In this document: piece after piece, positions 27,555-32,000 of the stretch
How the letters are laid out: each line of letters begins with the position of its first letter
Numbering within the stretch: the first letter of the stretch is position 1
Assembly (NCBI GenBank): GCA_000830275.1
Contig: CP010424.1
Coordinates: 1,050,001 to 1,082,000 of the forward strand
Origin: an archaeon GW2011_AR10
Lineage (GTDB): Archaea > Iainarchaeota > Iainarchaeia > Iainarchaeales > GW2011-AR10
Reading direction: 5' to 3'
Length of the DNA stretch: 32,000 bases
Program-made: the position numbers and the translations under genes
The notes under the pieces: generated by a model
Told to the model about the DNA's origin: nothing
Seen by the model: the letters and a program-made list of their open reading frames with translations, nothing else
Databases searched by the model: none

Positions 27555-29126
27555 GTGGTTTTTTTGGCTTCTTCGTTGAAAGAAATTAAAGGAGTTAAAG
27601 TTGATTCCTACGGTGAAACAGAGATATTTGAGGGCTTCCCTGTTTTTTTCTACTCAGTTGTTCAAGCCCCTCTATCAGAGCAGGAAAAAAACATTGCCTC
27701 TCTTTTAAGGAGCCTGATTGTGGGCAAGATTTCACTTGATGCAGCGCAGCAAAGTTCCGCACTTAAAATCGGCTCAGATTTCTTGGCAGAATTTCAGGAC
27801 AGGATAATCAGCACTGTAAACTACAAGGAGGGGCTGAGCAAAATCATGTCCCCAGAGGACTACGATGCATTAAGGGTTGATCTGATTGCCTTGCTTAAAC
27901 AGTTTTTTCCTAATCTGAAAAATACTCCTGAGCTGGTGAATCAGGTGCTGGATGCAACGGTTGGCTATGGCAGGATTTCTTCGCTGATGCGTGATTCAGA
28001 ACTGGAGGAAATAATGATTAACGGGTTCGACAGGCCAGTTTTTGTTTTCCACAAAACATTTGGGATGTGCAAAGCAAACCTTGTTTTCCAGAAAGGCCCT
28101 GAGCTGGAACTATTAATCAACAAAATTGCCAGCACTGTGGGGAAAACATTTGACGATTCAGGCCCGCTGCTGGACGCAAGGCTGCTTGGCGGTAACAGAG
28201 CCAATGCAACTTATCCATTAGTTACGCCTTTTGGCCCATCGCTTACAATCAGAAAGTTCACTAGAACCCCGCTATCAATAATTGACCTTATTGCGAACAG
28301 CACTCTATCCAGCGAGCTTGCAGCATTCCTTTGGGTTATGGTTGAAGGCTTAAACATTGAGCCAATGAACATTATAATTACCGGCGGCACCGGCAGCGGG
28401 AAGACAACAACTCTTAATGTGTTGAGCTCTTTTATACGCCATCAGGACAGGATTGTTACAATAGAGGACACTCTTGAGCTTGACTTGGGCAGCCGAGAGA
28501 ACTGGGTTCAGCTTGAGTCAAAGCCTCATTCCCGTGAGTCGCCTGAGGTGACAATGGATGACCTGTTAAAGAATGCTTTGAGGATGCGTCCTGACAGGAT
28601 TCTTGTTGGAGAAGTTCGTGGCTCAGAAGCAAGAACGCTGTTTGTTGCAATGGACACTGGCCATCAGGGCAGCATGGGGACGTTGCACTCTAACAGCAGC
28701 AGTGAAATGATTCTGAGGCTGAAGGCTGAGCCCATGGGTGTGCCAGAAGCAATGATTCCGCTGCTTGACCTCATCGTCGTTCAGTACAGGATGTACATTA
28801 AGGGAAAGGGCATTTTGAGGAGGATTGCACAGGTTTCTGAGGTTGCTTCAATGGAAAAGCAGGCCCTGCTCAGCAACGTTTTTGAGTGGAACCGCTCAGT
28901 TGACAAGATTGTTAAGACAGACATTCCAAGCCATATAATGGAAAAGCTGGCCGACAAAACAATGAGAACCAAAAAGGAAATCAGCCGCGAAATTGACGTG
29001 AGGAAAAAAGTGTTTGATTGGATGCTCGCAAACAATATACACTCCACTCCTGATGTTGAAACAGTAATTCAGCGCTACTATTATGATGCTGAAACAATAC
29101 TTGAACGGGTTGCAGCTGACTTATAG
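27555..29126 (+). CDS. FlaI/PilB/VirB11-family secretion or type IV filament assembly ATPase
   Basis: Walker A is ITGGTGSGKTTTLN. The Asp box is IVTIEDTLEL. Walker B is RPDRILVGEVRGSEA. The His box is GHQGSMGTLHSNS. The GTG start lies about 25 nt downstream of an AT-rich TATA region shared with cca. Confidence 0.85.
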   Translation: MVFLASSLKEIKGVKVDSYGETEIFEGFPVFFYSVVQAPLSEQEKNIASLLRSLIVGKISLDAAQQSSALKIGSDFLAEFQDRIISTVNYKEGLSKIMSPEDYDALRVDLIALLKQFFPNLKNTPELVNQVLDATVGYGRISSLMRDSELEEIMINGFDRPVFVFHKTFGMCKANLVFQKGPELELLINKIASTVGKTFDDSGPLLDARLLGGNRANATYPLVTPFGPSLTIRKFTRTPLSIIDLIANSTLSSELAAFLWVMVEGLNIEPMNIIITGGTGSGKTTTLNVLSSFIRHQDRIVTIEDTLELDLGSRENWVQLESKPHSRESPEVTMDDLLKNALRMRPDRILVGEVRGSEARTLFVAMDTGHQGSMGTLHSNSSSEMILRLKAEPMGVPEAMIPLLDLIVVQYRMYIKGKGILRRIAQVSEVASMEKQALLSNVFEWNRSVDKIVKTDIPSHIMEKLADKTMRTKKEISREIDVRKKVFDWMLANNIHSTPDVETVIQRYYYDAETILERVAADL

Positions 29127-29131
29127 GCTCA

Positions 29132-29656
29132 TTAAAGTTTTTTTTCAAACAACTTGCCGTATACTGGCCCTTTTGGAGTCAGCTTTGACTCCATTAAGTC
29201 AATGCTTTTGACTTTGAATTCTTTTATGAAGCTGGCCCTGTTTAGTTCTTCCGCTAGCTCGCTTACTTGTTTTCTGCCCAGCGATTTGTTCCGTGCAAGC
29301 GTTACGTGCGAGTGAAAACTATCGTTTTTCAGTTCAAGCAGTTCATCCAATTCTCTGCTAAGCTTTTCCAGTTCACTGCTTCCTTTTCCAACTCCAACCC
29401 ATAAAACCCTTCCATTGAAGTGTCCAATGCCCTTCAACTCCACTGAAAACTTTTTTTGGGTGGTTTTCAGTAGGTTTTCTTTCAATTTTTCAATTGCTTC
29501 CGGGCTAAAGTAGCCAAGAAACTTTAGTGTGATGTGAAGGTTCTCTTCTTCCACAACCTTCATTTTGTCTTTCGGCAGCTTTGAGGAAAAAATGCCGACA
29601 ATTTCTTTCCTGATTTCTTGCGGAATGTTGACTGCAACAAAAACCCGTTTGTTCAT
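29132..29656 (-). CDS. ligT: 2H phosphoesterase (LigT/ThpR-type RNA 2',3'-cyclic phosphodiesterase / 2'-5' RNA ligase)
   Basis: Two H.T. motifs are present, LHITLKFLG and SHVTLAR. I trimmed the start to ATG 29656, which forms an ATGA overlap with the taw3 stop. Confidence 0.8.
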   Translation of the reverse strand: MNKRVFVAVNIPQEIRKEIVGIFSSKLPKDKMKVVEEENLHITLKFLGYFSPEAIEKLKENLLKTTQKKFSVELKGIGHFNGRVLWVGVGKGSSELEKLSRELDELLELKNDSFHSHVTLARNKSLGRKQVSELAEELNRASFIKEFKVKSIDLMESKLTPKGPVYGKLFEKKL

Positions 29657-30240
29657 GAAAGTTTTTTCCTGCATGCTTCTTCGAATTTCCCAAGAGTGCC
29701 ATAATTCTTTTCAAGTTTTCTGTTGGCTTTTTCCACTACAAATTCTAAGTGGCCCCTGCTAATTAGAATCTTGTCGTCTTTCTTTACCGGCAAGGACATT
29801 CGCTGAGTTCCCACTATTTCAAGCAAAAATTTCCCTTTTTTTGCCACCATTATTCCGCCTCTCTTGATGCCGCATTTCCTCATTATTTCCAGGATTTTTT
29901 TTGCTCCCTCAATGCTTTCCGCCCCGATGTGCAGGATTAGCGGCTCTTGTTTTAGCCACAGCTCGTCCTTGGTTTTTTCCTCAAGTGCATTCCAGACTTC
30001 GTCAGCTGAAACGGTTGAATGCCATTTCCTGTGAAATGCAGATTCCTGCTTTGATTCCTCTGCGTTAACTTTTAACAGCACGATTCTGCCGGAGCAGCTG
30101 CTTGAAGTGAAAAACTGCTTGGTTGAAGCAATGAATCGGCATAGGGAAACCAGTTGGGGGTCCATTTTTCCGTTTATGGCAGCGTCCTCAAATGTTTTTT
30201 TGTGGTGTTCTTTCACCATTTCGAACCTTTTTTCAAGCAT
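29653..30240 (-). CDS. taw3: tRNA wybutosine-synthesizing protein 3 homologue (Taw3/TYW3 family methyltransferase)
   Basis: FFTSSSCSGRIVLLK ... LWLKQEPLILHIGAESIEGAKKILEIMRKCGIKRGGIMV matches the TYW3 pattern. Confidence 0.75.
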   Translation of the reverse strand: MLEKRFEMVKEHHKKTFEDAAINGKMDPQLVSLCRFIASTKQFFTSSSCSGRIVLLKVNAEESKQESAFHRKWHSTVSADEVWNALEEKTKDELWLKQEPLILHIGAESIEGAKKILEIMRKCGIKRGGIMVAKKGKFLLEIVGTQRMSLPVKKDDKILISRGHLEFVVEKANRKLEKNYGTLGKFEEACRKKLS

Positions 30241-30312
30241 GCGGCCAACTCATTATGTAGAACTTACTACATTAAATTTTTAATCCTCTTCCAGGGAAAT
30301 ATTTTAGATATA

Positions 30313-31119
30313 ATGTTAAAAAAGCCTTTATTTTTGCTCGCGCTCTTGGTTCTTTTTCCGCTTGCTTTAGCCGATGTACTTATGATTTCGCCGTTTGAGA
30401 AAACGCTTTCGGTTGGTGATGTGGTTGAACTTGGCTCAATCGCTCCAGGCGAATCCTTTGAACTGATATTCTCTGATGAAAGCCTTTTGGGGCAGGAAAT
30501 TATGTGGAGCAAGGCTTCAGTGAAGCAGTCTTCGCTTCCTGCAGCATGGGCTGCCATTGACTCGGAGGAAGGAAAGAAAAGACTTGTTGTTTTGGTTTCA
30601 GTGCCTGCAGCAGCAAAACCAAATGTTTACCAGTTTAAAGTGGCTCTATCCAACGATGACTTTCAACTCAGCGAGGAAATAACAGCCAAAATAGATGTAA
30701 AGAAGGGCCTTATCAAAGCAGTAATTGACGAGGCAGAGCTAAACCAAAGCCCGATGGTAAACGAGAAAGTTAAGTTCAACATTGTTCTAACAAACTCCTC
30801 AATTTCTGATCACAGGGTAAAGGTCAAGTCAACACTGCCTTTCAACTGGTTCGAGGAAAAAGAATTCATTGTGCCGGCAAAGCAGGTTGTAGAACAGCAA
30901 CTGTTAGTGGCCCCAAGGGTTTTCGGCAGAAAGGCATTCTCGTTTTCTGTGGTTTCAGAGCTGAATGGAGAGCACATTTCCTCTTTTGATTCAGTGCTCA
31001 GCGTAAAACCAACGCTTAAGGGAAAGTTTGCTTCTTCTATTTCCGGGTTCCCGTTCTTCACTGTAACGCTGTTGCCTTACCATTTCTTTAACGCATTGTT
31101 CTCCTTGTTTTTTGTTTGA
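30313..31119 (+). CDS. Secreted beta-rich protein with a C-terminal hydrophobic anchor, unknown function
   Basis: The signal peptide is MLKKPLFLLALLVLFPLALA. Two beta-sandwich-like halves follow. The C-terminus is SGFPFFTVTLLPYHFFNALFSLFFV. The track start at 30154 overlaps taw3 and is rejected. Confidence 0.6.
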   Translation: MLKKPLFLLALLVLFPLALADVLMISPFEKTLSVGDVVELGSIAPGESFELIFSDESLLGQEIMWSKASVKQSSLPAAWAAIDSEEGKKRLVVLVSVPAAAKPNVYQFKVALSNDDFQLSEEITAKIDVKKGLIKAVIDEAELNQSPMVNEKVKFNIVLTNSSISDHRVKVKSTLPFNWFEEKEFIVPAKQVVEQQLLVAPRVFGRKAFSFSVVSELNGEHISSFDSVLSVKPTLKGKFASSISGFPFFTVTLLPYHFFNALFSLFFV

Positions 31120-31139
31120 TTCCACTTGAATGAAGTCTT

Positions 31140-32000
31140 ATGGCAAAGCAGATGCTTGCACTGAACCGGATTCTTTCGGAGGTTAGAGAGGGCAGCATTC
31201 AGTCTCAGTTCCAGCTCAACAAGGTGAAAATCCGGGCAGCCAGAAAGTTCGGGTTAAAGCAACTTCCAACAAACGCTGAAATTATTGCTGAAGCATCAGA
31301 AGAGGACAGGCGCGCCTTTCAGAGAATCCTTTCCAGAAAACCTGTTAGAAGCATTTCAGGCGTAACAGTTGTTGCAGTAATGACAAAGCCTTATGGCTGT
31401 GTTGCCAAATGCATTTACTGCCCTTCCTCTCTTGTGCCAGGCAAAGAAACCCCTAAAAGCTACACTGGCTTTGAGCCTTCAACAAGGCGCGGCATGATGT
31501 TCAACTTCAACCCGTACAGGATTGTCGAGAACCGGCTGAAGCAGTACAGGGAAATAAACAATTTTTCTCCAAAAATTGAGCTCATACTTCAAGGAGGAAC
31601 ATTCACTGCGCTGCCTTTTTCTCATCAAAAATATTTTGTAAAGCGCTGCTTTGATGCGGTCCTCGGGAAAACAACAAGCTCTTTGAGTGAAGCGAAGTCA
31701 CTTGCCGAACACAGCCAAAACCGGGTTGTAGGGTTGACAATCGAAACAAGGCCTGACTGGTGCAAGGAAAAGGAAATAAACCGGATGCTTTCCTATGGCG
31801 TAACCAGGGTTGAGTTAGGGGTGCAAAACCCTGACAATGAAATATACAGGCGCTCAAACAGGGGCCACACAGTTGAGGATGTTGTCGAGTCAACGCAGTT
31901 GCTGAAGGATTCCTCGCTGAAAGTATTATATCATTTAATGCCAGGCTTGCCAGGCTCAACACCTGAAGCTGATTTGAGAAACTTTAGGAAAGTTTTTTCA
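31140..32000 (+). CDS. elp3: Elp3-type radical SAM / acetyltransferase tRNA modification enzyme (N-terminal part; continues beyond the window)
   Basis: It is absent from the ORF track because it runs off the window edge. Hand translation gives MAKQMLALNRIL...KPVRSISGVTVVAVMTKPYGCVAKCIYCP...ELILQGGTFTALP...VGLTIETRPDWC...GVTRVELGVQNPDNEIYRRSNRGHTV...YHLMPGLPGS, which is the typical Elp3 radical-SAM core. Confidence 0.85.
   Translation, partial: MAKQMLALNRILSEVREGSIQSQFQLNKVKIRAARKFGLKQLPTNAEIIAEASEEDRRAFQRILSRKPVRSISGVTVVAVMTKPYGCVAKCIYCPSSLVPGKETPKSYTGFEPSTRRGMMFNFNPYRIVENRLKQYREINNFSPKIELILQGGTFTALPFSHQKYFVKRCFDAVLGKTTSSLSEAKSLAEHSQNRVVGLTIETRPDWCKEKEINRMLSYGVTRVELGVQNPDNEIYRRSNRGHTVEDVVESTQLLKDSSLKVLYHLMPGLPGSTPEADLRNFRKVFS

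Noticed and set aside
30154-30312. N-terminal extensions proposed by the ORF track: 30154 for the secreted protein, 10300 for pth2, 25216 for the Zn-ribbon gene, 13883 for doc and 21638 for rpoK.
   Set aside because: The extensions overlap neighbouring genes or read through intergenic repeats and promoter boxes. Internal ATGs give canonical N-termini: a signal peptide for the secreted protein and family-typical starts for the others.
1-32000. A search for mre11, orc1/cdc6, cas genes, integrase or transposase genes, and rRNA genes.
   Set aside because: No ORF in any frame showed the corresponding hallmark motifs, and no rRNA-like conserved stretches were recognised. This absence was judged by eye only.

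Overview
Compact archaeal chromosomal segment, mostly coding, moderately AT-rich by eye. Many genes abut or overlap, including four convergent gene pairs whose stop codons lie 0-5 nt apart. Operon-internal genes carry GGAGGT/GGGGGT Shine-Dalgarno boxes. First genes and tRNAs carry TTTTTTAAG-type TATA boxes about 25-35 nt upstream. TTG and GTG starts are frequent. The archaeal call rests on recognisable families read from the translations: archaeal-type DnaG, Hjc, Pth2, aEF-1beta, eS17, RpoK, class I CCA enzyme, NurA/HerA/Rad50, Taw3, Elp3, and intron-bearing tRNAs. A small-genome (DPANN-like) lineage is plausible but is inference only. From left to right the window holds: (1) a divergent pair of secreted Cys-rich surface proteins, one with a cohesin and one with a dockerin, around an intron-containing tRNA-Val; (2) tRNA-Gly with a long intron; (3) a minus-strand housekeeping block (DnaG, DUF167, cpGTPase, Pth2, MscS, HtpX, LemA), with hjc and a small ORF on the plus strand and several unknown membrane proteins; (4) a small AT-rich Doc-toxin cassette; (5) a plus-strand block of DEAD-box helicase, NurA, a Cys-phosphatase, a Zn-ribbon, HerA, a CaCA exchanger, a truncated catalytically dead PolB-like protein, RpoK and eS17; (6) a short Rad50 on the minus strand; (7) three unusually long, repeat- and hairpin-rich intergenic spacers around aEF-1beta, a Zn-ribbon gene and tRNA-Arg; (8) a tRNA-maturation neighbourhood (CCA enzyme, LigT, Taw3, Elp3) with an orphan FlaI/PilB-type ATPase. 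The best candidates for something new are two. First, the NurA / PTP-fold phosphatase / Zn-ribbon / HerA arrangement has no Mre11 anywhere in the window and has the dead mini-PolB nearby. Second, a family of covarying hairpin repeats and palindromic modules is concentrated at 24.1-25.4 kb and next to tRNA genes. All family calls come from motif recognition by eye. No database search was run.
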